A stretch of 64,000 bases of DNA, taken from Clostridia bacterium (lineage in GTDB: Bacteria; Bacillota; Clostridia; Oscillospirales; CAG-272). The stretch covers positions 32,096-96,095 of the forward strand of contig JAQXHN010000018.1 in the NCBI GenBank assembly GCA_029007295.1, read 5' to 3'. Below are positions 37,747 through 45,742 of the stretch, piece after piece. Under the pieces are notes generated by a model. The model saw only the letters and a list, made by a program, of their open reading frames with translations. It was not told the DNA's origin and ran no database searches. The translations under genes were made by a program, and so were the position numbers. Numbering within the stretch: the first letter of the stretch is position 1; every line of letters begins with the position of its first letter.

Positions 37747-38052
37747 ACTCGGATCACAACAGCTTATGAAAATACTTACTCCGCTTATTCCTTCACCGCA
37801 AAGAAGACCGACGCCGACGGAAATTCTCTTGCAGGCGCAACCTTCTCTTTGACCGGAACAGGCAATTCCGATAATACGAACAATACGACCTCTTCGACAA
37901 AGCCCAACAAGCCTACCGAATTTAAGTCCCCTCAGACAGGAGACAGCAGTATGATGGCTTTATGGATTGCATTGCTGTTTGTTTCGGGAGCAGGCATAAC
38001 CGTTGTCACAATTTACAAGTTAAGAAAAAGCATTCTTCAAAATAATGCGTGA
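37747..38052 (+). pseudogene. 5'-truncated remnant of a sortase-anchored Cna-B/SpaA-type surface protein (SPQTG sorting signal)
   Basis: Open frame with no plausible start or signal peptide: ...RITTAYENTYSAYSFTAKKTDADGNSLAGATFSLTG (start of a Cna-B-like repeat), then an N/T/S-rich linker. It ends in SPQTGD + TM (MMALWIALLFVSGAGITVVTIY) + KLRKS. Confidence 0.65.
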
Positions 38053-38204
38053 TTTATTTTATTTTTAAGGCGTAAAAGATAATCATGCTTCGGACTGTCT
38101 CTGTTAAGAAAACAACATCGTCCTATCGAAAGCATGTCTGATTTTCAAAAAAACACGGTACCGAAAGGCGCTTTGCCTTTTAGATATATCTAAGGAGAAT
38201 CAAT

Positions 38205-39617
38205 ATGGGTCTTATTAAAGCAGGAATCGGTGCGCTCGGCGGAACCCTTGCCGATCAGTGGAAAGAATTTTTCTACTGCGAAGCCATGGATAAAGAGGTT
38301 ATGGTAACCAAGGGTCAAAAGCGAGTTAGCGGCCGGTCCTCCAACACAAAAGGAAATGATAATATTATTTCCAACGGTTCAGGCATTGCGGTAGCAGACG
38401 GGCAGTGCATGATCATCGTAGAGCAGGGCAAGATTGTAGAAGTGTGCGCCGAGCCGGGCGAATTCACCTACGACACCTCTACCGAGCCGAGTATTTTTTC
38501 CGGCAGTCTCGGCAAGGGAATTATCTCTACCTTTAAAACCGTCGGCAAGCGTTTTACATACGGCGGCGACACCGGAAAGGATCAGCGAGTATATTATTTC
38601 AACACAAAGGAGCTTATCGACAATAAATTCGGTACTCCGAATCCTATTCCCTTCCGCGTGGTGGATTCAAAAATCGGTTTGGACGCAGATGTGTCTATAC
38701 GCTGTTCGGGCGTGTACTCATATAAGATTGCCGATCCGCTGCTGTTCTACACAAATGTGTGCGGAAATGTGGAGCGGGAATACACCCGCGACGAGTTGGA
38801 CAGTCAGCTGAAGACTGAATTTATAAGCGCCCTTCAGCCTGCTTTCGGAAAGCTGTCCGATATGGAGCTTCGTCCGAATCAAATCGTATCCCACACCTCG
38901 GAGCTTGAGGACGCCATGAACCAGGCTCTTTCCGCAAAATGGGGCGAGTTGAGAGGCTTAAAGGTCGTCAGCATTGCTCTGGGCTCTGTTACCCTGCCGG
39001 AAGAGGACGCCGAAATGATCAAGCAGCTTCAGCGTACTGCTGTTATGCGTGATCCTACCATGGCAGGCGCAACTCTTGTGGGAGCGCAGGCAGACGCTAT
39101 GAGAGCGGCCGCTTCAAACGAATCGGGCGCAATGACCGGCTTTATGGGAATGGGCATGGCCATGAACGCAGGCGGAGCCATGAACGCCCAGAACCTGTTT
39201 GCAATGGGTCAGCAACATCAACAGCAACAGGCGGAGCCACCGAAGTACGCTAACGACATGGAACGCTGGAAATGCTCCTGCGGTGCTGAAGCCAGCGGAA
39301 AATTCTGCCCTGAGTGCGGCGCAAAGAAGCCGGAACCGACGCTTTCCGGCGCATGGAAATGTAAGTGCGGAGCCACGGCGACCGGAAAGTTCTGTCCGGA
39401 ATGCGGTTCCCCTAAGATGGCGGATACGGACAGTTGGAGCTGTTCCTGCGGTGCACAGAACAAGGGCAAGTTCTGTCAGAACTGCGGTTCAAAAAAGCCT
39501 GCGGGCGTACCGCAATACCGCTGTGACAAATGTGGTTGGGAGCCGGAAAAGGGCTCGACTCCTCCTAAATTCTGTCCTGAATGCGGCGACCCTTTTGATG
39601 ACGGCGACATTGTCTGA
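38205..39617 (+). CDS. SPFH (stomatin/prohibitin/flotillin)-like protein of the YdjI / 'virion core protein' COG4260 type, with four C-terminal zinc ribbons
   Basis: N-terminus MGLIKAGIGALGGTLADQWKEFFYC... and body are typical of the YdjI-like family as I recall it. A Gly/Ala/Met/Gln-rich linker follows, then 4x C-x-C-G...FC-x-x-CG. Confidence 0.75.
   Translation: MGLIKAGIGALGGTLADQWKEFFYCEAMDKEVMVTKGQKRVSGRSSNTKGNDNIISNGSGIAVADGQCMIIVEQGKIVEVCAEPGEFTYDTSTEPSIFSGSLGKGIISTFKTVGKRFTYGGDTGKDQRVYYFNTKELIDNKFGTPNPIPFRVVDSKIGLDADVSIRCSGVYSYKIADPLLFYTNVCGNVEREYTRDELDSQLKTEFISALQPAFGKLSDMELRPNQIVSHTSELEDAMNQALSAKWGELRGLKVVSIALGSVTLPEEDAEMIKQLQRTAVMRDPTMAGATLVGAQADAMRAAASNESGAMTGFMGMGMAMNAGGAMNAQNLFAMGQQHQQQQAEPPKYANDMERWKCSCGAEASGKFCPECGAKKPEPTLSGAWKCKCGATATGKFCPECGSPKMADTDSWSCSCGAQNKGKFCQNCGSKKPAGVPQYRCDKCGWEPEKGSTPPKFCPECGDPFDDGDIV
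39267..39599 (+). repeat. Four tandem zinc-ribbon coding repeats inside the SPFH gene
   Basis: WKCSCGAEASGKFCPECGAKK / WKCKCGATATGKFCPECGSPK / WSCSCGAQNKGKFCQNCGSKK / YRCDKCGWEPEKGSTPPKFCPECGDPF. The first three units are also visibly similar at the DNA level. Confidence 0.85.
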
Positions 39618-39673
39618 AACAGTTGCCTCTTAAGTTCATTCCGGCTTTTTCAAGAAAGGAGCATCTGTTGACA

Positions 39674-40153
39674 ATGAAAAAAGTAATGTTGATTGTTTTA
39701 TCCCTGATATTCGTTTTATCTTTTGCCGCCTGCGGCGAAACCGGCGGAACACAGGATAAAGCAGATACATCAAATAAGACAAAAGCCGTAACGGGGGAGG
39801 TTATCAAGGCAGAGCTTCCTTCGGGTTGGTGCCTTGTTACCAGTACAGAAATGACCGGAACCTCCGGTGCGGATTTTATTTGCCATTCGGAGAAATACGA
39901 GTTTGGGGACGCCTATCTTCAAGTTATACCGGACAGCAGAAATGTTGAGACGATCAAAGAAATACTCGTCTCCACCGACCCGTACGGCGAATATTACGGT
40001 CAGGTCGAGCTGGCAAACGGCACATGGTACACCGCCGAAAATGCGGCAACAGCCTTTATCGGCGAAGAAACTCTGATAGTTAAGGGCTATGAAATTGACT
40101 TTGGCTCAGAAGAGGTGCTTTCCATTTTGGGAAGCCTCCAATTGGCGGAGTAA
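39674..40153 (+). CDS. Small lipoprotein (unknown function)
   Basis: MKKVMLIVLSLIFVLSFAAC lipobox-type signal peptide. I prefer the ATG at 39674 over the track's TTG at 39623. Confidence 0.7.
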   Translation: MKKVMLIVLSLIFVLSFAACGETGGTQDKADTSNKTKAVTGEVIKAELPSGWCLVTSTEMTGTSGADFICHSEKYEFGDAYLQVIPDSRNVETIKEILVSTDPYGEYYGQVELANGTWYTAENAATAFIGEETLIVKGYEIDFGSEEVLSILGSLQLAE

Positions 40154-40208
40154 AACACATTCGCATTTTTAACAAATACTTTTATTCACATAAGAAAGGA
40201 AAACAACT

Positions 40209-40550
40209 ATGAAAAAGATTCTTTCAGCAATTTTATGCTTTGTTATGATTTTCTCCTTTGCGGCATGCGGAGGAAGCAAGGACGCACTTGAGGGTACATG
40301 GACTCAGCAGCACGACGATTACGGCACCGTAACGTGGGAATTTGACGGAAGCGGAAAGTGCACGCTGGACACAGACTTTTTAGATAAGGCTCCGGGAACC
40401 TACACGATCAACGACGAGTCCAAGGTTACCATTAAGCTTGACGTATGGGATGATGAAAAGGTATACGAATACACAGTTTCCGACGGCAATCTTAAGCTTA
40501 CTGCGACCGACGAGCTGTCTCCCAGCTACGAGGAGCTGACAAAGAAATAA
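40209..40550 (+). CDS. Small lipoprotein (unknown function)
   Basis: MKKILSAILCFVMIFSFAACGG lipobox-type signal peptide. AAAGGAAAA RBS. Confidence 0.7.
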   Translation: MKKILSAILCFVMIFSFAACGGSKDALEGTWTQQHDDYGTVTWEFDGSGKCTLDTDFLDKAPGTYTINDESKVTIKLDVWDDEKVYEYTVSDGNLKLTATDELSPSYEELTKK

Positions 40551-40844
40551 TAATCGTTATTTAAAAAGCCGGACACGGAATTTGAATTGCTTTCTTAGGC
40601 AATTCACGTGTTAAACGTAAAAGCCCTGCGGACAGCAGACCAGAATGAGTTTTCCTCATATCCGGCAAATTCCGCAGGTCTTTTGTGTATCATTTGTATA
40701 TTTGGAGAAAAAGAATAATTTTTTAACCCGTAAACAACGGCAAGCCTTTGTGCGTTATGCCGTGAATTTTTACGAAATACGAAAACGGGTATAAGAATTT
40801 TTCAGCCTTGCCGAAAAAACCGATAAACATAAGGAGACAATGTA

Positions 40845-41930
40845 ATGGCAGTATTGCAAGAATATAAATGTCCGTGCTGCGGCGGCGCCATTGCCTTTGA
40901 CAGCGCAATACAAAAAATGAAATGTCCGTATTGCGATACGGAATTCGAGATGGAAACTCTCAAAAACTATGACAGCGAGCTTAAAAACGACCTAAAGGAG
41001 GATATGCGCTGGGAAAGTGCGGCAGGTGCCGATTGGCGGGAAGGAGAAGCGGAGGGCCTGCGTTCCTATGTCTGCAAATCCTGCGGCGGAGAAATTGTAG
41101 GCGACGAAAATACGGCTGCCGCCTCCTGCCCTTTTTGCGGAAATCCCGTGGTGATGATGGGACAGTTCTCCGGTGCTTTAAAGCCCGATTATGTGATTCC
41201 CTTCAAGCTGGATAAAAAGGCGGCGAAGGAAGCGCTGATAAAACATTATTCAGGCAAGAGACTTCTTCCGAAGGTATTTAAGGACGAGAACCATATTGAC
41301 GAGGTTAAGGGTATATACGTCCCGTTCTGGATTTTTGACGCAGACGCAGAAGCCAATATCCGATATAAAGCGACACGTGTGCGTGCGTGGAGCGACAGCA
41401 CCTACAATTATACCGAAACCAGCTTTTTCTCGGTTTTCAGAGGAGGAAATATCGCTTTTGAGCATGTGCCCGTAGACGGCTCCGAAAAAATGCCGGACGA
41501 CCTCATGGAATCCATCGAGCCTTTTGATTTCTCGGAAGCTGTGGACTTTCAGACCGCATATCTTGCGGGCTATTTTGCGGACAAATACGATGTTGACGCC
41601 GAACAGAGCATTATCCGAGCAAACGAAAGAATCAAAACGAGCACGGCAAACGCTTTTGCAAATACTGTACAGGGCTATGCTTCGGTTACCCCGGAAACGA
41701 CCGGCATTCGCCTTATTAACGGGCAAACAAAATATGCGCTTTATCCTGTATGGCTTCTTAACACAACGTGGAACGGTAAAAAATACACCTTTGCCATGAA
41801 CGGTCAGACCGGAAAGCTGGCGGGAGATCTGCCGCTTGACAAATCGGCATACAAAAAATGGTTATTCGGATTAACCGGCATTGCAAGCGCCGTTGCATTT
41901 GCGGCTTGCTATCTGTTTTGGCTTCTGTAA
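40845..41930 (+). CDS. Double zinc-ribbon protein with a C-terminal TM anchor (YdjG-like)
   Basis: YKCPCCGG...KCPYCDTEF and YVCKSCGG...CPFCGNPV ribbons, a conserved soluble domain, and a C-terminal TM (WLFGLTGIASAVAFAACYLFWLL). AAGGAGA RBS. Confidence 0.7.
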   Translation: MAVLQEYKCPCCGGAIAFDSAIQKMKCPYCDTEFEMETLKNYDSELKNDLKEDMRWESAAGADWREGEAEGLRSYVCKSCGGEIVGDENTAAASCPFCGNPVVMMGQFSGALKPDYVIPFKLDKKAAKEALIKHYSGKRLLPKVFKDENHIDEVKGIYVPFWIFDADAEANIRYKATRVRAWSDSTYNYTETSFFSVFRGGNIAFEHVPVDGSEKMPDDLMESIEPFDFSEAVDFQTAYLAGYFADKYDVDAEQSIIRANERIKTSTANAFANTVQGYASVTPETTGIRLINGQTKYALYPVWLLNTTWNGKKYTFAMNGQTGKLAGDLPLDKSAYKKWLFGLTGIASAVAFAACYLFWLL

Positions 41931-41944
41931 GGGAGGTGCGGACG

Positions 41945-42745
41945 ATGAAATTGATGAAAAAATTATTTTCGGTATTGTTTGCGCTGCTGCTTTGCACGAT
42001 AGCCTTTATCCCTTCGTTTGCGGAAAGCGATTTGTCGCGCATAGCCGATTATGCAGATTTGCTGACTGAAAGCGAGGAAAGCACTCTTCTTTCCAAGCTG
42101 GACGAAATCAGCATAAGACAAGAGGCGGATATTGTTGTGGTAACAACATATTCCTTGGACGGAAAAACGCCCATGGAATACGCCGACGATTTTTATGATT
42201 ACAACGGCTACGGCTTCGGAGAAAACCGGGACGGCGTGCTGCTGCTTATCAGCATGGAAGACAGCGATTGGTGGATATCCACCTGCGGTTACGGTATTAC
42301 AGCCGTAACGGACGCAGGAATCGAATATATCTCGGATAAATTCCTGTCAGACCTGAGCGACGGCGAATATGCAAAGGCTTTTTCAACTTATGCAGAGCTG
42401 TGTGACGAATTTTTCACCCAGGCAAAAACCGGCAAGCCGTACGATGTCGGCAATATGCCAAAAGAGCCGTTTAAATTTGTGTCGCGCATAGCGGGCTCGT
42501 TGGTTTTCGGTTTTGCCGTGGCGTTATTTGTGACCGGTAGTATGAAACGCCGGCTGCAAAGCGTGCGCTTTCAGTCTTATGCAAACAGCTATGTAAAGGA
42601 AAACAGCATGAATGTAACGGAAAGCCGCGATTTGTTCCTCTACTCCCAGGTTACCCGCCATGAGAAGCCAAAGCAAACAAGCGGCTCCGATACGCACACT
42701 TCTTCTTCCGGCTCCACGCATGGCGGAGGCGGCGGAAAATTTTGA
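41945..42745 (+). CDS. TPM-domain membrane protein (YgcG/YdjH-like)
   Basis: Signal peptide, TPM motifs (IADYADLLTESEESTLLSKLDEIS...ADIVVVTT...DGVLLLISMEDSDWWISTCGYG), a TM segment, and a Ser/Gly-rich tail ending GGGGGKF. The GGGAGG RBS lies 14 nt after the upstream stop. Confidence 0.8.
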   Translation: MKLMKKLFSVLFALLLCTIAFIPSFAESDLSRIADYADLLTESEESTLLSKLDEISIRQEADIVVVTTYSLDGKTPMEYADDFYDYNGYGFGENRDGVLLLISMEDSDWWISTCGYGITAVTDAGIEYISDKFLSDLSDGEYAKAFSTYAELCDEFFTQAKTGKPYDVGNMPKEPFKFVSRIAGSLVFGFAVALFVTGSMKRRLQSVRFQSYANSYVKENSMNVTESRDLFLYSQVTRHEKPKQTSGSDTHTSSSGSTHGGGGGKF

Positions 42746-42832
42746 TTTGCCTGATTAAGAGAAGAAACTTAATATGAGTGAAATACAAAAAACAATAGCA
42801 TATATTATCAGTACATAATAACAAAATCAAGT

Positions 42833-42862
42833 GTAACGGCGGGCTTTTCAGCCCGCCGTTAC
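42833..42862 (+). terminator. GC-rich hairpin, probable terminator of the TPM gene
   Basis: GTAACGGCGGGC-ttttca-GCCCGCCGTTAC perfect 12-bp stem. There is no clean T-run, so confidence is moderate. Confidence 0.5.
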
Positions 42863-43122
42863 TGCCGTTATCCGAATAGGCTGTATTTCCTACCGAACAA
42901 GGCGACAAAACAAATTATCATAATCAAGCGGTGTTTTTCTCAGTCCGGCTCAAATGCAAACCTTGTCCGCAATTCAACCCGTTCTCCTTGTCGGGACCCT
43001 CCTTCGTAAAGCTTGCATTTTTTTACCGCGGGAATAACAATTAACATATTATCACTTGAGATATTGCACCAAATAATGTATAATAAATTATTATCAGCAA
43101 ATTTGTATTACCGGAGGCTTAC

Positions 43123-45471
43123 TTGACATATACCGAGGCAAAAAACGCTTGCTTTGACAAGCTTTATTCATTTTTAAACAATGAGCAGAGAAAAGCGGTT
43201 CAAACCGTATCTGGACCGCTTCTTATTCTGGCGGGCGCCGGAAGCGGCAAAACCACCGTTTTAGTCAACAGAATAGCAAATATAATACGATTCGGTACTT
43301 TATCCGAGACAACAGACGGCTCCGAAGAGGAAGCCTACGAGCTTGAAAAGCTGCTCGAATTGCCGGAAAACGAGCTTGCTTCGGCTCTTGAAAAGCACGC
43401 AAAGGAGCCGTGCCCTGCTTGGGCTGTTATGTGTATAACCTTTACTAACAAGGCGGCAAGTGAAATGAAGGAACGCCTTGCGAAGGTTATCGGCTCTGCA
43501 AGCGAAGAAATATGGGCGGGCACCTTCCACAATATATGTATGCGCATTCTTCGCCGATTTAATGTAAACGCCCGTCTTGCAAAAGGCTTTACAATCTACG
43601 ATACCGACGACACAAAAAGGCTTATCACCGCAATCCTGCGTGATTTAAATATCGACGAGCATATACTCAATGCAAAAAGCGCTATGAATAAAATCAGCAG
43701 AGCAAAGGAATCGCTTTTAACTCCCGAGGAATATATCCGCATAAACACTGCCGATATGCGTTCAAAATATGTAGGCAGAGTATACGCAGAGTATCAGAAG
43801 AGACTGTGCGACGCAGACGCCGTTGACTTTGACGACATTATTATGAAAACGGTTAATCTTCTTCGAGACGACGAAGAGGTACGTAATTTCTGCCAAAGAC
43901 GCTTTAAATACGTGTGTGTTGACGAATTTCAGGACACAAATAAGGCTCAGTTTGAGCTGACGGCGCTCATTTCCGGCAAATACAGGAATTTGATGGCAGT
44001 CGGCGACGACGACCAGAGCATCTACCGTTTCAGAGGCGCAACTGTTGAGAATATTCTTACCTTTGACTCTTCTTTCCCCGACGCTAAGATTATTAAATTG
44101 GAGCGAAATTACCGTTCGACAAAGGTCATTCTCGACGCTGCAAACGCCGTAATAGCTAACAACAGCAAACGTAAGGGTAAAAACCTCTGGACGGACAGAG
44201 AGGATGACGAAAAAATAACTGTAAAGCAGGCTTCCAATCAAAATGAAGAGGCAAAATTTATCGTTAATACTATTTTAAAGGGTACCGAATACAACGGAAG
44301 AAAATTTTCCGATTATGCAATTCTGTACAGAATAAACGCAATGTCAAGCTCGCTTGAAAGCGTTTTTGCAAAAAGCGGTATTCCTTATCGGATTTTAGGC
44401 GGAACACGCTTTTATGAGCGAAAGGAGATCAAGGATGTTATTGCATATCTGTGTGTTATTGCAAACAAAGCCGACGATCTGCGTCTGAAGAGAATAATAA
44501 ATGAGCCGAAAAGAAAAATCGGTGCAACCACCATCGAAGCGATTGAACAGCTCGCTCGCATGGAAGCGGTTCCCATGTTCGATATTATGTCAAGATGCTC
44601 CCGATACACCGCCCTCGCACGCTCGTGCTCAAAGCAGTTGGATTTCGTGAGAGTAATAGCTTCGCTGACGGAAAAGGCAAAGACCTGTTCCGTTTCGAGC
44701 TTGATTGAGGCGGTGCTTGAGGAGACGGGATACATGGCAATGCTCGAAGCCGCCGGAATTACCGAAATTGACAGAGTTGAAAACGTTAAAGAATTGGTTT
44801 CCAACGCCGTTGCCTACGAGGAAAGCTCCGACGAACCCTCCTTGATCGGCTTTTTGGAGGAGGTTGCGCTGATTTCCGATGTGGACAATTACGACGCCGA
44901 CAGCGACGCAGTTGTTATGATGACAATTCACTCCGCAAAGGGCTTGGAATTCCCTTATGTTTTTCTCCCCGGTATGGAGGAAGGCATGTTTCCGTCAATT
45001 CAGTCGTTTACAGACCCAAACGAGCTTGAGGAGGAACGCCGCCTTGCTTACGTTGCTATTACGAGAGCAAGAAACAAGCTATGCTGTACCTATGCCCGTG
45101 AACGTCTGATTTACGGAAAGACGCAATACAACCGCTTGTCAAGATTTATCGAGGAAATGCCCGACGCTCTGCTTGACAAACAGCTTTTGAATACGGAAAC
45201 GAGAAGCTATGCTTCCCCCACACAGCAGTTCAGAAAAAGCGCAATAGAATCCTTCAGGCAGAACACCAAATCGAGCGTTTCAAAGCCAAAAGCTGTGCCG
45301 ATTCCCACGGAAATATTTAATTCCGGCGAAATTGTTTCTCATCCTACCTTCGGCGACGGTACGGTGCTTTCCGTTAAGAAAATGGGGGCTGATTTGCTTT
45401 ACGAAATCGCATTTGACACTGTAGGAACAAAAAAAATGATGGGCTCTTACGCAAAGCTTACAAAAAAATAA
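43123..45471 (+). CDS. pcrA: ATP-dependent DNA helicase PcrA/UvrD family
   Basis: LNNEQRKAV, AGAGSGKT (Walker A), DEFQDTN, VGDDDQSIYRFRGA, TIHSAKGLEF. TTG start 5 nt after GGAGG. Confidence 0.9.
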   Translation: MTYTEAKNACFDKLYSFLNNEQRKAVQTVSGPLLILAGAGSGKTTVLVNRIANIIRFGTLSETTDGSEEEAYELEKLLELPENELASALEKHAKEPCPAWAVMCITFTNKAASEMKERLAKVIGSASEEIWAGTFHNICMRILRRFNVNARLAKGFTIYDTDDTKRLITAILRDLNIDEHILNAKSAMNKISRAKESLLTPEEYIRINTADMRSKYVGRVYAEYQKRLCDADAVDFDDIIMKTVNLLRDDEEVRNFCQRRFKYVCVDEFQDTNKAQFELTALISGKYRNLMAVGDDDQSIYRFRGATVENILTFDSSFPDAKIIKLERNYRSTKVILDAANAVIANNSKRKGKNLWTDREDDEKITVKQASNQNEEAKFIVNTILKGTEYNGRKFSDYAILYRINAMSSSLESVFAKSGIPYRILGGTRFYERKEIKDVIAYLCVIANKADDLRLKRIINEPKRKIGATTIEAIEQLARMEAVPMFDIMSRCSRYTALARSCSKQLDFVRVIASLTEKAKTCSVSSLIEAVLEETGYMAMLEAAGITEIDRVENVKELVSNAVAYEESSDEPSLIGFLEEVALISDVDNYDADSDAVVMMTIHSAKGLEFPYVFLPGMEEGMFPSIQSFTDPNELEEERRLAYVAITRARNKLCCTYARERLIYGKTQYNRLSRFIEEMPDALLDKQLLNTETRSYASPTQQFRKSAIESFRQNTKSSVSKPKAVPIPTEIFNSGEIVSHPTFGDGTVLSVKKMGADLLYEIAFDTVGTKKMMGSYAKLTKK

Positions 45472-45690
45472 CTCGGGCAGGCGAGCGCCTGCAGGCAACT
45501 CGGTCGGGAAGCCCCGACGGGCAACTCGTTGCTTGTTCAGTCGTAATTGTTCGACAAGGCTCGATGAGTGGGGGTTTGCCGGACTTTATCGACTTGATAA
45601 AAACGTAACAGTCAGCAAAAAGCTGTAGGTTTGCCCTATGATTGTATACACTCCCCTTGAAAAAAGCAAAAAGCATAATTCAGAAACTGA

Positions 45691-45726
45691 AAAAGGACTT
45701 GCTCTCATAAAGACTGCAAGTCCTTT
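45691..45726. terminator. Bidirectional intrinsic terminator
   Basis: AAAGGACTTGC...GCAAGTCCTTT hairpin between convergent pcrA and the propeller gene. Confidence 0.65.
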
Positions 45727-45742
45727 CAATTTCTAAATATTA

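Noticed and set aside
40551-40844. 290-nt gap inside the SPFH/TPM block, with a large-loop hairpin (GCCCTGCGGA…TCCGCAGGTCTTTT) and a 61-aa antisense ORF (40723-40908).
   Set aside because: The hairpin has a loop of about 40 nt, so it is a poor terminator call. The antisense ORF overlaps the start of the YdjG-like gene and has no RBS. I note only that the block may be two transcription units.
42774-42818. 14-codon mini-ORF (MSEIQKTIAYIIST) between the TPM gene and its hairpin.
   Set aside because: Weak RBS, very short, and no supporting feature. It cannot be distinguished from chance.
45478-45545. Short direct repeat GGCAACTCG(G/T) occurring twice, about 30 nt apart, with a GTCGGGAAGCCCCGAC hairpin between the copies, downstream of pcrA.
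   Set aside because: Only two short copies with no spacer periodicity. This is not CRISPR-like and has no flanking mobile-element genes. It is probably incidental or part of pcrA 3' UTR structure.
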